A model generated the notes under the pieces. That model searched no databases. It was given only the letters and a program-made list of their open reading frames with translations, and was not told the DNA's origin. This document shows positions 1 through 14,236 of a stretch of 64,000 bases of DNA, in pieces. Source of the stretch: Halioglobus sp. (GTDB lineage Bacteria; Pseudomonadota; Gammaproteobacteria; Pseudomonadales; Halieaceae); the NCBI GenBank assembly GCA_045106775.1, contig JBGCFE010000041.1, forward strand, positions 9,948-73,947, given 5' to 3'. Position 1 is the first letter of the stretch; the number at the start of each line of letters is the position of its first letter. The translations under genes were made by a program, and so were the position numbers.

Positions 1-607
1 CTGTTACCTGTCGCAGTGCCATTTGGTCAGAAGCGAGAAAGTTCTCGCCAATGCCCACGCCGACCACTAGCGGGCTACCCTGACGAGCCCCAACTACAAG
101 CCCTGGGTTTTGCCTGTCGATTACGGCTAGAGCAAAAGCACCCTCTAGGCGAGTCACTGCAACACGCAAAGCGTCCAGCAATGAACTACCTTTTTCGAGC
201 TCTCGATGAATTAGGTGAACCACAACTTCAGAGTCGGTCACCGAAGACATCGTATAGCCAGCAGCAACTAACTCATTCCGCAACTCTGCGTGATTTTCAA
301 TGATGCCGTTGTGAACAAGCGCTACCCGATCACCCGATGCATGGGGATGCGCGTTTTCTTTAGATGGCTCGCCATGGGTTGCCCAGCGCGTGTGCGAAAT
401 ACCGGTTGACCCATGGTAAGGGTGTTCGGCCTGCGCTTTTTCTAGCTCACTGACCTTTCCCTGACGTTTGTGCATCTGCAATTCATTCGCACTACTGATC
501 AACGCCATTCCCGCCGAATCGTAGCCGCGATATTCAAGCCTGCGAAGCCCCTCAAGAAGGATTTCAGACACTTCACGCCGCGCGGCGGCGGCCACTATGC
601 CACACAT
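1..607 (-). CDS. glmS: Glutamine--fructose-6-phosphate aminotransferase, 5' part (continues past window start)
   Basis: Not in the ORF track. The minus strand from ATG at 607 reads MCGIVAAAARREVSEILLEGLRRLEYRGYDSAGMA, the GlmS N-terminus with catalytic Cys; begins 3 nt after the glmU stop. Confidence 0.96.
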   Translation of the reverse strand, partial: MCGIVAAAARREVSEILLEGLRRLEYRGYDSAGMALISSANELQMHKRQGKVSELEKAQAEHPYHGSTGISHTRWATHGEPSKENAHPHASGDRVALVHNGIIENHAELRNELVAAGYTMSSVTDSEVVVHLIHRELEKGSSLLDALRVAVTRLEGAFALAVIDRQNPGLVVGARQGSPLVVGVGIGENFLASDQMALRQVT

Positions 608-610
608 ACT

Positions 611-1981
611 TTATTCCTTGGCTTCTGCTTTAGAAGGCCGTTCCCAGCCATCAATATTTTTTTGTCGGGCTCGACCAACAGCAAGCTCACCATCGGCAAC
701 CGTTTTGGTGACCGTGGAACCTGCGGCAACAAAGCCAGCGCTTTCAATGCTGAGCGGTGCAACCAGGGTGCTATTAGAACCCACAAATACATTGTCGCCC
801 ATTGTCGTCTTATGTTTGTTCACACCATCATAGTTGCAGGTAATCGTTCCCGCGCCGACATTTACGCCTTCACCCATTTCACAATCGCCGATGTAACTGA
901 GGTGATTGACTTTACTGCCCTTTCCTATCGTTGCCTTTTTGGTTTCTACAAAGTTACCTATGCGCGCGCCGTTAGACAGCACAGTACCAGGACGCAAACG
1001 CGCATAAGGCCCAACGTTACAACCCTGTCCAACTGAGGCATCTTGCAAGTGGCTCATAGGATGAATGTGTGTATCGGCGGCCACATCAACATTTATTAAT
1101 ACGCAATTTGCGCCAACCGATACGCCATCACCTAAAGAAACCTTCCCCTCAATAACAACATTCACGTCTATAAATACGTCTTTGCCGCAGGTAAGTTCTC
1201 CGCGAATATCCAAGCGCAGTGCATCCGCCAAATTCACTCCGTCTCGCATCAAGGCTTCTGATTGCAAGCGCTGATATTCGCGCTCCACTTGATTGAGCTG
1301 AACTCTGTCATTAACCCCAAGGATCTCTAGCTCTGAGCCGGCCTCACAGGACGCAATATTTTTTCCATCCTTAACAGCTAGGCTAAGTACATCGGGTAGA
1401 TAGTATTCTTGCTGTTTGTTGGCATTACCCACTAACGGTAAGTAATGGTTCAGATCGCTCGCCGGTGCTGCCAACAAACCCGTATTGATTTCTTTAATTG
1501 CCCGCTCTTCATCGTTGGCATCTTTTTCTTCAACAACACCCAGCAAGTCTTTTTGTTCGTTGCGCACAATTCGCCCATAACCGGTGGAGTCCTCTAAAAA
1601 AGCCGTTAGCAATGCTGGCCCTTGATCGGCAACACCCACAAGTTGTTGTAATGTTTCGAGCTGAGTCAGTGGCACATCACCATAAAGAACGAGCACTACG
1701 CTATCTTTTTCGATCGCGGGCATCGCCTGCAGAACCGCGTGGCCAGTACCAAGCTGCTCCTGTTGGATAATCCAGTTGATAGTGTGATGTGACAGAGCGT
1801 CTTTGACAGTTTCGGCACCGTGGCCAATAACAACATGCAGAGCTTTGGGCGACAGCTTCTGTGCCGTATCAATTACGTGCTCTAGCAAAGGCTTGCCAGC
1901 AACTTTGTGCAACACCTTGGGCAGATCAGACTTCATCCGCGTGCCTTGGCCTGCTGCGAGAATCACGACTTCGAGGTTCAT
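611..1981 (-). CDS. glmU: Bifunctional UDP-N-acetylglucosamine pyrophosphorylase / acetyltransferase
   Basis: VILAAGQGTRMKSDLPKVLH motif and C-terminal hexapeptide repeats (GSKVNHLSYIGD, GAGTITCNYDG). Start moved from ORF 2065 to ATG 1981 (MNLEVVIL). Confidence 0.97.
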   Translation of the reverse strand: MNLEVVILAAGQGTRMKSDLPKVLHKVAGKPLLEHVIDTAQKLSPKALHVVIGHGAETVKDALSHHTINWIIQQEQLGTGHAVLQAMPAIEKDSVVLVLYGDVPLTQLETLQQLVGVADQGPALLTAFLEDSTGYGRIVRNEQKDLLGVVEEKDANDEERAIKEINTGLLAAPASDLNHYLPLVGNANKQQEYYLPDVLSLAVKDGKNIASCEAGSELEILGVNDRVQLNQVEREYQRLQSEALMRDGVNLADALRLDIRGELTCGKDVFIDVNVVIEGKVSLGDGVSVGANCVLINVDVAADTHIHPMSHLQDASVGQGCNVGPYARLRPGTVLSNGARIGNFVETKKATIGKGSKVNHLSYIGDCEMGEGVNVGAGTITCNYDGVNKHKTTMGDNVFVGSNSTLVAPLSIESAGFVAAGSTVTKTVADGELAVGRARQKNIDGWERPSKAEAKE

Positions 1982-2270
1982 GGTTGCCTTTCTTCTATAT
2001 TTGTCATTATTCGCCTTCTTGTTTAGGTGGCCTTCGCAACAGCGACGGCGGGCGTTTATCAACATATTATGCGCCGCGGCCCCCGCAACTTAAACTGCGC
2101 AGTGTGATATGTGTAACAACTGCTGCAAAAATAGCATTTCTGGGTGCTGTAGACCCATTTGATTATCGAAAGCCCTCCGTTGGTCGATTACAGAGACTCC
2201 TCTAGCTGAGTGAGATCGAGGGCTGTATTGAGCTCAAGTAACTGTTAGCCAGGACGCGGTTCAAACAGGC

Positions 2271-2302
2271 AAAAAAAAGCCCCGGTAGTTACCGAGGCTT
2301 TT
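2271..2302 (-). terminator. Intrinsic terminator after the atp operon
   Basis: Minus strand GCCTCGGT-AACT-ACCGGGGC followed by T8, ~30 nt after the atpC stop. Confidence 0.85.
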
Positions 2303-2331
2303 ATCCAACCGCTTTCTAAAAAATCGAGGTA

Positions 2332-2760
2332 TTAGCCCCGACCGGAGCGATTCTTTAATTTTCTCAAGGTTGCTAGCTGCGCCGCGGCTTCAGCAAGCTG
2401 AGCCGAAGCCCTACCATAATCAAAGTCTCCACTTTGATTGGCAATTGCCTGCTCTGCTTCTTTACGCGCTTCTTCAGCGGCGGCTTCGTCCACGTCATCA
2501 GCACGAATTGCAGTGTCAGCAAGGATCGAAACTACGCCGGGCTGCACTTCAAGAAAACCGCCAGAGACGTAGAACACTTGCTCTTCGCCATCTTGCATCT
2601 CTACGCGAACAGGCCCCGGAACCAAAGCTGTAAGCAGCGGTGCGTGACCATAGCTAACGCCTAGCTCACCCTCTTGACCCGTAACGTTCAGCGTTGCAAC
2701 CAAACCAGAAAAAATTTCCTCTTCGGCACTAACGATGTCGCAATGAATTGTGATTGCCAT
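2332..2760 (-). CDS. atpC: F1 ATP synthase epsilon subunit
   Basis: [15 protein letters not shown]...[14 protein letters not shown]; last gene of the atp operon. Confidence 0.96.
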   Translation of the reverse strand: MAITIHCDIVSAEEEIFSGLVATLNVTGQEGELGVSYGHAPLLTALVPGPVRVEMQDGEEQVFYVSGGFLEVQPGVVSILADTAIRADDVDEAAAEEARKEAEQAIANQSGDFDYGRASAQLAEAAAQLATLRKLKNRSGRG

Positions 2761-2793
2761 AGCTTTACTCTCTCAACAGCCTAGCTCAATAGC

Positions 2794-4275
<1,482 letters not shown>

Positions 4276-4278
4276 CTA

Positions 4279-5142
4279 TCAGCTAATCGCAGCAGCGCCG
4301 CTCACAATTTCAGAGAGTTCTTGTGTAATAGATGCTTGGCGAGCCTTGTTGTAAATAAGCTGTAAGTCATCAATGAGATCGCCAGCATTATCAGTAGCGT
4401 TCTTCATCGCCAGCATTCTAGCCGCCTGCTCACACGCTCCATTTTCGACAACCGCCTGATAAACCTGCGATTCTATGTAGCGCGTCAACAAACCTTCCAG
4501 CAGCTCTTTCGCATCGGGCTCATAAATGTAATCCCAGTGATGCTTCATTTCGTCGCTGTCTTCTGGCTCAAGCGGCAGTAACTGCTCTACCGTCGGCTCT
4601 TGAGTCATTGTGTTCACAAATTGATTGCCCACTAAATACAGGCGATCAATACGCCCTTCTTCATAGGCATCAAGCATTGTTTTAACGCCACCGATCAAAT
4701 CAGACAAAGACGGCTCTTCACCAATATCACGAGTGGCTGATATAACATTGCCGCCAAAGCTGTTAAAAAACGCTGCAGATTTAGCACCGATCAAGCTCAT
4801 GTCGATCTCAATGCCCTGCTCATCCCACTCTTTCATGGACTTGATGGTTGTCTTAAACAAGTTAATGTTTAAACCACCACACAAACCACGATCAGTTGAA
4901 ATAATAATGTACCCAACACGTTTTACATCGCGTGTCTTCATATACATATGACGATACTCTGGCTCAGCATTGGCTATATGGCCAACAACCGAGCGCATGC
5001 GTCGGGCATACGGTTTACCCAGCTGCATACGATCCTGAGCTTTGCGCATTTTACTTGCCGCCACCATTTCCATGGCGCTAGTAATCTTCTGCGTGCTCTG
5101 GATGCTAGAGATTTTCGTCCGAATTTCTTTTCCGGCTGCCAT
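4279..5142 (-). CDS. atpG: F1 ATP synthase gamma subunit
   Basis: [31 protein letters not shown]; DRGLCGG; [16 protein letters not shown]. Confidence 0.98.
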   Translation of the reverse strand: MAAGKEIRTKISSIQSTQKITSAMEMVAASKMRKAQDRMQLGKPYARRMRSVVGHIANAEPEYRHMYMKTRDVKRVGYIIISTDRGLCGGLNINLFKTTIKSMKEWDEQGIEIDMSLIGAKSAAFFNSFGGNVISATRDIGEEPSLSDLIGGVKTMLDAYEEGRIDRLYLVGNQFVNTMTQEPTVEQLLPLEPEDSDEMKHHWDYIYEPDAKELLEGLLTRYIESQVYQAVVENGACEQAARMLAMKNATDNAGDLIDDLQLIYNKARQASITQELSEIVSGAAAIS

Positions 5143-5158
5143 CTAACTTCCCTCAGCC

Positions 5159-6703
5159 CTACCAGGTCTGTGTGCTTTTGAACTTCTCGATCGCTTCTTT
5201 AAAGCTAGCTTCGATCTCGTCGTTGTAATCACCAGATTCAACAATGCCGCTCATCAGGTCGCCATACTCAGCATGCGCAAATGAAAGCAAAGCCGATTCA
5301 AAATCTAGGATCTTGTTGACTTCAACATCATCCAGATGGCCTTCGTTAGCCGCGTAAAGCACCAGCCCCATCTCTGAAATGCTACGTGGCGAATACTGCT
5401 TCTGCTTCATCAGCTCGGTGACACGTTCACCATGGTCGAGCTGAGCACGTGTTGCATCATCAAGATCGGAAGCGAACTGCGAGAATGCCGCCAGTTCACG
5501 ATACTGCGCGAGCGCAGTACGAATACCACCCGAGAGCTTTTTCATGATCTTTGTTTGCGCAGCACCACCTACTCGCGATACCGATATGCCAGCGTTCATT
5601 GCCGGACGCACGCCCGCGTTAAACATGTCAGCTTCCAGGAATATCTGGCCATCAGTAATCGAAATCACGTTAGTCGGTACGAAGGCGGAAACGTCACCGG
5701 CCTGTGTCTCAATAACAGGTAGTGCTGTGAGAGAACCCGTCTGGCCTTTCACTGCACCGTCGGTGAACTTCTCAACGTAGTCAGCGTTTACGCGGGCTGC
5801 ACGTTCAAGTAAGCGAGAGTGCAAGTAGAAAACGTCGCCTGGATACGCTTCACGGCCTGGAGGACGACGAAGAAGCAGAGAAATCTGGCGATACGCCCAA
5901 GCCTGCTTAGTCAAGTCATCGTAAATGATTAGAGCGTCTTCACCGCGATCGCGATAATACTCGCCCATTGAACAACCGGCAAAAGGCGCGAGGAACTGCA
6001 TCGCTGCGGGATCTGAGGCTGTTGCTGCAACGACAATGGTGTGATCCATGGCGCCGTGTTCTTCAAGCTTACGTACAACGGCCGCTACCGAAGAAGCCTT
6101 TTGGCCAACCGCAACGTAGATACATTTAATACCAGAACCTTTCTGGTTGATGATGGCGTCGACGGCAATAGCGGTTTTACCGATTTGGCGGTCACCAATA
6201 ATCAATTCTCGCTGGCCACGACCAATGGGCACCATCGCATCAATCGCTTTCAAACCAATCTGTACGGGCTCATCAACAGACTGACGAGCAATTACACCTG
6301 GGGCTACCTTTTCAAGGGCGTCGGTCATAGCTGCGTTGACCGGACCTTTACCGTCAATAGGGTTACCTAGCGCATCTACAACCCTGCCTTGTAGCTCGGG
6401 GCCAACAGGCACTTCCAGAATGCGGCCTGTGCAACGACATGACTGGCCTTCCGAAAGCGATTTGTAATCGCCCAGGATTACTGCACCGACAGAGTCACGC
6501 TCAAGGTTAAGCGCCATACCGTATACGCCACCTTCAAACTCGATCATTTCACCGTACATAACATCGGCCAAGCCGTGTATACGGATAATGCCGTCAGTCA
6601 CCGATACCACGGTGCCTTCGTTGCGAGCCTCTGAGCTGACATCGAGCTGGTCGATGCGCGCTTTGATAATCTCGCTAATTTCTGATGGATTCAGTTGCTG
6701 CAT
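5159..6703 (-). CDS. atpA: F1 ATP synthase alpha subunit
   Basis: [13 protein letters not shown]; GDRQIGKT; [22 protein letters not shown]. Confidence 0.98.
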   Translation of the reverse strand: MQQLNPSEISEIIKARIDQLDVSSEARNEGTVVSVTDGIIRIHGLADVMYGEMIEFEGGVYGMALNLERDSVGAVILGDYKSLSEGQSCRCTGRILEVPVGPELQGRVVDALGNPIDGKGPVNAAMTDALEKVAPGVIARQSVDEPVQIGLKAIDAMVPIGRGQRELIIGDRQIGKTAIAVDAIINQKGSGIKCIYVAVGQKASSVAAVVRKLEEHGAMDHTIVVAATASDPAAMQFLAPFAGCSMGEYYRDRGEDALIIYDDLTKQAWAYRQISLLLRRPPGREAYPGDVFYLHSRLLERAARVNADYVEKFTDGAVKGQTGSLTALPVIETQAGDVSAFVPTNVISITDGQIFLEADMFNAGVRPAMNAGISVSRVGGAAQTKIMKKLSGGIRTALAQYRELAAFSQFASDLDDATRAQLDHGERVTELMKQKQYSPRSISEMGLVLYAANEGHLDDVEVNKILDFESALLSFAHAEYGDLMSGIVESGDYNDEIEASFKEAIEKFKSTQTW

Positions 6704-6731
6704 GCTCTGTTCCTCAATCCCAATGCTTTAT

Positions 6732-7268
6732 TTAGGAATTCATTGCTTCGGCAAGTTTGTTTAACCTGCCGCGCACGGACCCGTCGATCACTAGATCGCC
6801 GGCTCGAATTAAAACACCTCCCAACAACTCACTGTCGGTAGAAGTGCGAACGTTTACTTCACGTTCTAATTTTGCTCCCAGGCCACGCGCCAATTTGTCG
6901 CGCATTTCATCCGACAGGTCGAACGCTGAAATCACTTCAACATCAACTGACTTTTCCTGGTTTGCCTTGAACTGCTCGTACTGCTGTAATATTTCAGGCA
7001 GTAACGGAAGACGCTTATTGTCAGCTAGAACCGAAACGAAGTTTTTCACGTCGCTTCCGATAGCATCGCCACAGACTTCGATAAGCGTATTGGCCTGCTG
7101 TTGTGCGGTAAGACCAGGATCAGCCAGAACCGAGGCCAGCGCATCATCAGTGGTAACGGCAGCAGCCGTGCCCAGCTCTTGTAGCCACTGTGGCAGCTTG
7201 TCAGCATCACGGGCGTATTCAAACGCGGCTCGTGCATAAGGGCGCGCTAATGTGCTCAATTCAGCCAT
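6732..7268 (-). CDS. atpH: ATP synthase delta subunit
   Basis: MAELSTLARPYARAAF; LLGGVLIRAGDLVIDGSVRG. Confidence 0.96.
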   Translation of the reverse strand: MAELSTLARPYARAAFEYARDADKLPQWLQELGTAAAVTTDDALASVLADPGLTAQQQANTLIEVCGDAIGSDVKNFVSVLADNKRLPLLPEILQQYEQFKANQEKSVDVEVISAFDLSDEMRDKLARGLGAKLEREVNVRTSTDSELLGGVLIRAGDLVIDGSVRGRLNKLAEAMNS

Positions 7269-7279
7269 GTATTCCCGCC

Positions 7280-7750
7280 TTATAGCTCGGCTGCTAGCTT
7301 TTCAACCAGGTCGGCATGCGCCTGCTGATCGATAGCCGAGCCAAGAACCTTTTCTGCGCCAGCGAGCGACAAAGCGGCAACCTGGCCACGCAACTGCTCG
7401 CGTGCACGATTGGTTTCCTGCTCAATTTCTGCCTGCGCTGCCACTTTGATACGATCTGCTTCGGCAGACGCAGCTTCTTTGGCTTCATCAATGATTTGGC
7501 TGCTGCGCTTGTTCGCAGAATCAACAATACCGGCAGCTTCCTCTTTGGCTTCCTTCAGACGCTCAACGGCTTTTTCCTGCGCAAGCTCAAGATCATGGCT
7601 AGCACGATCAGCAGCGGCGAGGCCGTCGGCAATCTTCTTTTCCCGTTCTTTCATGCTGGCCAGTATGGGAGGCCATACGTACTTCATGCAGAACAGAACA
7701 AAGCAGACGAAGGCAACCATCTGTCCGAAAAACGTAAGATTAAAATTCAC
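7280..7750 (-). CDS. atpF: Fo subunit b
   Basis: GTG start; [27 protein letters not shown] followed by coiled coil. Confidence 0.96.
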   Translation of the reverse strand: MNFNLTFFGQMVAFVCFVLFCMKYVWPPILASMKEREKKIADGLAAADRASHDLELAQEKAVERLKEAKEEAAGIVDSANKRSSQIIDEAKEAASAEADRIKVAAQAEIEQETNRAREQLRGQVAALSLAGAEKVLGSAIDQQAHADLVEKLAAEL

Positions 7751-7833
7751 GCCTTGCTCCTAAAAGAGTGATAAGAGCTGCCAAACATTCGCGCAGCAGC
7801 TCCGTTTCGTTGATAACGTTTATGCAGCGGGTT

Positions 7834-8073
<240 letters not shown>

Positions 8074-8116
8074 CTAGCGTTTAAATAAGCAAAGCTTACA
8101 AGTTTTAAAAAATTAA

Positions 8117-9001
<885 letters not shown>

Positions 9002-9041
9002 CTACTCTAACTCTTGCTTAACTGTTGCATTAGCTGTTGCA

Positions 9042-9434
9042 TTAGCTGTTGGACTGCCTAATTAGCAGCCAGCTACCACTTATCTGAACGACCAACATCA
9101 GTACAAAACCAACAAATACTGCCGGGCCGTGAATTGGTCTAACCAGAGCGAACACCAGCGCAAAGCCAGCCACGCTCAAAACAAACTTGCCAATCTCTGC
9201 ACTATAACCTGCACGGGCGATTGCCTGCGCTGACCGCGCACCGCGCCATCGAAAGGCTCGAATCGCAAAGTACGCCTGAGGCAAAATCGCCACCAAGCCA
9301 CCACACAGGAAGGAATAGGCTACAAATACAGCCTTTCCTGAAATGACCAAGCCGAGCCCAACCGGCACCAGTATGGCTAGTTGAGCCAGCGGAATACGGT
9401 GGATGGGAGGGCGCGCTATTTCAGCACCGGTCAT
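9042..9434 (-). CDS. atpI: ATP synthase protein I
   Basis: Four hydrophobic segments, first gene of the operon; start ATG 9434 with a GGAG RBS. Confidence 0.85.
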   Translation of the reverse strand: MTGAEIARPPIHRIPLAQLAILVPVGLGLVISGKAVFVAYSFLCGGLVAILPQAYFAIRAFRWRGARSAQAIARAGYSAEIGKFVLSVAGFALVFALVRPIHGPAVFVGFVLMLVVQISGSWLLIRQSNS

Positions 9435-9528
9435 CGCTAACCATCTCCACCTTTTGCCTGTGTCGCGAGGGGCTACCTCGATCAAAATCTTGCCCTACAG
9501 CACACTTATCCTCGCCGCGAGCGCGCGC

Positions 9529-9557
9529 ATTATAGGGCCATTGGTAGACGCGTTCAA
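9529..9557 (-). promoter_or_regulatory. sigma70 promoter of the atp operon
   Basis: Minus strand TTGAAC-17 nt-TATAAT upstream of atpI. Confidence 0.75.
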
Positions 9558-9730
9558 CCAACGAATCGCCCTTAGAGGCTCGGTTATCGCTGTTCTTTCC
9601 GCTGGCGGATCGAGGTTATGGCCGAACGACTAATTGGTCTCTCCTTGTTTGGCACAGCATCTAGTGTTCGCGGTAAAGTGGGCCACTAGATAAGGTGCCC
9701 AAAGACAATGACTCTGTCCTTTCTACACCC

Positions 9731-10627
9731 CTACTTAATGTGCCCCAATATACCGTCGAGCTCATCAAGACTGGTGTAGGACACCACCAACTTTCCCTTC
9801 CCACTGGCCGAGTGCGAAATCTTAACTTTACTGCCTAATTTTCGCGACAGGTCGTCCTGCAGCCTTCTGATGTTGGGGTCCAGCGATTTCTGCGCCGCAT
9901 CAGGCTTAGCCGGTGTCTGTAATGAGCGAACCAGTGCTTCTGTCTGACGCACCGTCAATTCTTTGCCTACCACTGTCTGGGCTGCTCGCGACTGGTCGGC
10001 GCTCGATAGTGCCAGCAATGCTTTAGCGTGGCCCATTTCCAGATCGCCATGCTCCACAAGGCGCATGACATCGGGCTGCAGCGTCATAAGCCTCAGCATG
10101 TTAGCTACCGTCGAGCGTGATTTGCCGACCGCTTTAGCGACTTCTTCCTGAGTTAGCTCAAACTCCTTTTGCAGCCTTTGCAGTGACGCCGCCTCTTCAA
10201 TCGGGTTCAGATCTTCCCGCTGAATATTCTCGATAAGCGCCATCGCAATAGCGGCCTCATCGCTGACATCACGAATGACAACGGGAATACTCTCCAGACC
10301 GGCTTGTTGTGTAGCCCGCCAACGACGCTCTCCGGCGATAATTTCATACTTTTTGTCTGAGATGGGCCGCACGACTATCGGCTGCATCACACCTTGTGCC
10401 CTGATGCTATTTGCTAATTCTTGGAGGGCCTCTGGTTCCATATCACGGCGTGGTTGGTACTTGCCACGCTGTATAACATCGACGGGCAATTCTTTTAGAG
10501 CTTGACCCGATGCAGGTGCAGCCGCTGCTTCTTGGCCGTCGGGCGCCTTGTCCGTAGGCTGCGCATTCGAGCTTGCGCCCAGCAGTGCATTCAGGCCCTT
10601 CCCCAAGCCTCTTTTTTTAGCAGACAT
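9731..10627 (-). CDS. parB: Chromosome partitioning protein ParB
   Basis: KKRGLGKGLNALL ParA-activating peptide, YEIIAGERRWRA, ENIQREDLNPIEEA, HTH KSRSTVANMLRL. Confidence 0.97.
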   Translation of the reverse strand: MSAKKRGLGKGLNALLGASSNAQPTDKAPDGQEAAAAPASGQALKELPVDVIQRGKYQPRRDMEPEALQELANSIRAQGVMQPIVVRPISDKKYEIIAGERRWRATQQAGLESIPVVIRDVSDEAAIAMALIENIQREDLNPIEEAASLQRLQKEFELTQEEVAKAVGKSRSTVANMLRLMTLQPDVMRLVEHGDLEMGHAKALLALSSADQSRAAQTVVGKELTVRQTEALVRSLQTPAKPDAAQKSLDPNIRRLQDDLSRKLGSKVKISHSASGKGKLVVSYTSLDELDGILGHIK

Positions 10628-10659
10628 CTGCACTCTCCAATTTAATTGGGCAGCCGGTT

Positions 10660-11448
10660 TTACACACCGGACGCTACTACCTGTTTCTCCCGCCGGCGAA
10701 TCAACTCTCCCGCGAGCGCCATATACGCTTTTGACCCTCGAGAGTTTCTATCGTAGTACATCGCCGGCACGCCATGGCTAGGCGCCTCGGCCAAGCGGAT
10801 ATTCCTCGGCACGACTGTGCGAAAAACCTTATCACCAAAGTGTTCGTGAAGCTGCGCTGAGACCTGACTAGTCAGGGCATTGCGCGGGTCATACATCGTG
10901 CGCAGAATGCCTTCGATTTCTAGATCGCTCGCCGTAGATTGCGCTACACCCTGCACGGTTTCAATTAACGCAGTTAGCCCCTCCAGGGCAAAGTACTCGC
11001 ACTGCATAGCAATTAGTACGCCATCTGCAGCAACCAGGCCATTAAGCGTCAGCATGTTGAGTGAGGGTGGGCAGTCAATAAGTATGTAGTCATAGCTGGC
11101 TGAAACCGCAGCTAGCGCCGAACGCAGTCGACTCTCGCGGTTATCCAGCTCGAGAAGCTCTACCTCAGCAGCAGTTAAATCGCCATTCGCGGGCAGTACT
11201 TTGAAGCCGCCCTCTGGCACTTCGCAGGCAACGACGCTCACCTGAGCCTGATGTACCAGAACATCATATACACTCTGGGACACCGCGTACTTATCTATCC
11301 CGCAGCCCATGGTGGCATTGCCCTGTGGATCAAGATCGACCATCAGGACCCGCTGGCGCATCGCAGCCAATGAGGCAGCAAGGTTTACGCTGGTTGTTGT
11401 TTTACCAACGCCTCCCTTCTGATTGGCTACCGCTATTACTCTGGCCAA
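10660..11448 (-). CDS. parA: Chromosome partitioning ATPase ParA/Soj
   Basis: ANQKGGVGKTTT deviant Walker A; DLDPQGNAT; IDCPPSL. Confidence 0.97.
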   Translation of the reverse strand: MARVIAVANQKGGVGKTTTSVNLAASLAAMRQRVLMVDLDPQGNATMGCGIDKYAVSQSVYDVLVHQAQVSVVACEVPEGGFKVLPANGDLTAAEVELLELDNRESRLRSALAAVSASYDYILIDCPPSLNMLTLNGLVAADGVLIAMQCEYFALEGLTALIETVQGVAQSTASDLEIEGILRTMYDPRNALTSQVSAQLHEHFGDKVFRTVVPRNIRLAEAPSHGVPAMYYDRNSRGSKAYMALAGELIRRREKQVVASGV

Positions 11449-11527
11449 TGAACACTGCCTCTGCTTAATTTGTGGTTCTACGTAGTGAATCGAAGCCCGA
11501 GACGAGCCGGTTACCTATTCACAATTA

Positions 11528-12229
11528 TTATAGACTGTATGTGGTTTGTGGCATCAGCGTAACCAGATGCCGCGCTTCATCAAGACCCGGTATGTTCAGC
11601 GAGTGCACGGCGCCGGAAACTTTGTCCTGTGGGTTCTGCTTAGCCAATAAATCTTCAAGTGCCTTTAGCTCTGCACTTGGCTCTGCTCCCTTCATCGCCA
11701 GACACTGGCCGGAGGCATCGAGTAAATGCCGGCAGCCAATGTACATATCGCTAAGCGTTGCAAATGCCCGGGATGTAATAGCCTTAAACTTAGCGGGAGA
11801 CTCGAAGGTCTCGACGCGGGATTGATGAACCACCATGTTATCCAACGCCAGTGCAGTTTTCACCTGAAAAAGAAAACGGGTTTTTTTGCCATTGCTGTCC
11901 AGCAGATGAAACTCACTCTCGGGCCGCATAATGGCCAGAGGCACACCAGGCAGGCCTGCACCCGAGCCAACATCGAGACACCGATCTGCATGATAGAACG
12001 GGAGTACTGCCAGGCTGTCCAGCAAGTGTCGAGTGATCATTTGCGCCGGCTCTCGCACAGCCGTCAAGTTGTAAGCCTTATTCCACTTACACAGCAATTC
12101 AATGTAACCAATAAGCAGAGTGTACTGATGGGCACTGGGCGAAATGCCCAGCGCTTGGCAACCGGTTGCCAGACGGCTTTCGAGTTCGCGAATACTATCC
12201 GACAAGTTGACGTTGCGCGTCTGCACCAT
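11528..12229 (-). CDS. rsmG: 16S rRNA m7G527 methyltransferase (GidB); start uncertain, overlaps mnmG end
   Basis: [38 protein letters not shown] motifs. Confidence 0.95.
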   Translation of the reverse strand: MVQTRNVNLSDSIRELESRLATGCQALGISPSAHQYTLLIGYIELLCKWNKAYNLTAVREPAQMITRHLLDSLAVLPFYHADRCLDVGSGAGLPGVPLAIMRPESEFHLLDSNGKKTRFLFQVKTALALDNMVVHQSRVETFESPAKFKAITSRAFATLSDMYIGCRHLLDASGQCLAMKGAEPSAELKALEDLLAKQNPQDKVSGAVHSLNIPGLDEARHLVTLMPQTTYSL

Positions 12230-14105
12230 CGCTGGCAAGCGCGCCGCGTTTTTTGAGGTAGATAAGTAACAACGCTACGGCTGCTGCAGTAACGCCCGGG
12301 ATGCGTGATGCCCGGGCCAGTGTGGCAGGGCGGGACTCTGTAAGCTTCTGACGAACCTCGTTCGACAAGCCATCAACAGCGCTGTAGTCCAGATCATCAG
12401 GCAATGGCGTATTTTCATGCCTGCGCAGGCGCTCTATGTCCTCCTGCTGGCGATCAATGTAGCCTGCATATTTTGCTTGAATCTCAACCTGTTGCGCGGC
12501 CTGCACATCATCGCAGGCGTTCCCGCAGGTTTGCGCTAGATCTGCGTAGGTGAGTTCTGGCCTTTTCAAAAGTTCAGCCAAAGAATATTCGCGAGCAATC
12601 GGGTTTTTTAATTTTTGGTTGAGATTACTCGCCTGTGATGTGCCAGGGTGCACGAACGTTTTTTCTAAGCGAACAGTTTCACTAGCAATTGCTTCGCGCT
12701 TAGCTTCAAAGCGCGACCAACGGGCATCATCAACCAGGCCCAGCGCTCGACCCTTCTCGGTAAGACGCAAATCTGCATTGTCTTCGCGCAGTAACAATCG
12801 ATACTCCGCTCGAGAAGTAAACATTCGGTAAGGCTCGATGGTGCCCATCGTAATCAAATCATCAACCAGCACACCGATATACGCTTCGTCGCGCCGCGGG
12901 CACCAGGGTTCTTTATTCTGTATATAGAGCGCTGCGTTTAAGCCCGCTAACAAACCCTGAGCGGCGGCCTCTTCGTACCCAGTTGTGCCATTGATTTGCC
13001 CTGCGAAATACAAACCCGGCAGCGCTTTGGTTTCTAGAGAGTAATGAAGATCACGTGGATCAAAAAAATCATATTCGATTGCATAACCGGGCCGAGTAAT
13101 ATGCGCGTTCTCGAACCCCTTTATTGAATGCACCAGCTCCATTTGCACATCAAAAGGGAGGCTCGTGGAGATCCCGTTGGGGTACAGTTCGCACGTGGTC
13201 AGACCTTCTGGTTCGATAAACACCTGATGTGAATCTTTATCGGCAAACCGGTGAACCTTATCTTCAACACTGGGGCAATAGCGTGGGCCGACGCCTTCGA
13301 TGACACCCGAAAACAACGGTGAACGATCGAGGCCGCCTCGGATAATGTCATGCGTTTTTTCATTCGTATACGTAATCCAGCAACAGCGCTGTTCCGGATG
13401 TTCTTCAACACTGCCCAGAAAAGACATGACGGGCTCTGGCTGGTCGCCCCACTGCTCCTGCAGCCCGGTAAAATCGACACTGCGCGCATCAATGCGCGGT
13501 GGTGTGCCGGTTTTCAGCCTGTCGACTCTAAAAGGCAATTCGCGTAAACGCTGGGCCAGAGCAATTGAAGGCGGATCTCCCTGCCTGCCGCCGGCGCTAT
13601 TTTGCAACCCTATATGCAACTTTCCACCCAGAAAAGTGCCCGTCGTAAGCACTACCTGCGGCGCACGAAAGATCACTCCCATCTGAGTGATCGCGCCCGC
13701 TACGCGCCCTTCTTCAACGAGCAGGTCATCGACAGGCTGTGCAAAGATTGAAAGATTCGGCTGGCTCTCTAACATCTGACGGATGGCGTTTTTATACAGC
13801 ACGCGATCGGCCTGTGCTCGAGTCGCACGCACGGCAGGGCCCTTGCGCTGATTCAAGACTCGAAACTGTATACCGGCCTGATCTGTCGCGCGGCCCATCG
13901 CGCCACCCAGAGCATCAACCTCTCTGACAATGTGGCTCTTGCCAATCCCTCCGATGGCAGGGTTGCAAGACATCTGGCCGAGGGTTTCCATCGCGTGTGT
14001 CAGCAGCAAGGTGCGACAGCCCATGCGTGCAGCAGCCAGGCACGCTTCTGTGCCGGCATGCCCTCCACCGATGACAATCACATCAAACTGTTGCTTATAT
14101 TCCAC
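12195..14105 (-). CDS. mnmG: tRNA uridine-5-carboxymethylaminomethyl modification enzyme (GidA)
   Basis: [16 protein letters not shown] motif; [12 protein letters not shown]; RLKTGTPPR; [11 protein letters not shown]; [16 protein letters not shown]. Confidence 0.98.
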   Translation of the reverse strand: MEYKQQFDVIVIGGGHAGTEACLAAARMGCRTLLLTHAMETLGQMSCNPAIGGIGKSHIVREVDALGGAMGRATDQAGIQFRVLNQRKGPAVRATRAQADRVLYKNAIRQMLESQPNLSIFAQPVDDLLVEEGRVAGAITQMGVIFRAPQVVLTTGTFLGGKLHIGLQNSAGGRQGDPPSIALAQRLRELPFRVDRLKTGTPPRIDARSVDFTGLQEQWGDQPEPVMSFLGSVEEHPEQRCCWITYTNEKTHDIIRGGLDRSPLFSGVIEGVGPRYCPSVEDKVHRFADKDSHQVFIEPEGLTTCELYPNGISTSLPFDVQMELVHSIKGFENAHITRPGYAIEYDFFDPRDLHYSLETKALPGLYFAGQINGTTGYEEAAAQGLLAGLNAALYIQNKEPWCPRRDEAYIGVLVDDLITMGTIEPYRMFTSRAEYRLLLREDNADLRLTEKGRALGLVDDARWSRFEAKREAIASETVRLEKTFVHPGTSQASNLNQKLKNPIAREYSLAELLKRPELTYADLAQTCGNACDDVQAAQQVEIQAKYAGYIDRQQEDIERLRRHENTPLPDDLDYSAVDGLSNEVRQKLTESRPATLARASRIPGVTAAAVALLLIYLKKRGALASDGADAQRQLVG

Positions 14106-14189
14106 GGCCTACCGCCTTTTAACCCGAAACCTGCTAATTCAAGCCCATAATCCGGGAAACAGGGCTCTAACTCCAATCAGGGGGGCGGG

Positions 14190-14218
14190 ATTATACGTGC
14201 GCGCCGCCACTTGATCAA
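14190..14218 (-). promoter_or_regulatory. sigma70 promoter of mnmG-rsmG-parAB
   Basis: Minus strand TTGATC-17 nt-TATAAT upstream of the mnmG GTG. Confidence 0.7.
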
Positions 14219-14236
14219 AAAATAGTCTGCGACAAA

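Noticed and set aside
12195-12238. mnmG/rsmG overlap suggesting a frameshift
   Set aside because: Both proteins are complete; the overlap depends on the uncertain rsmG start.
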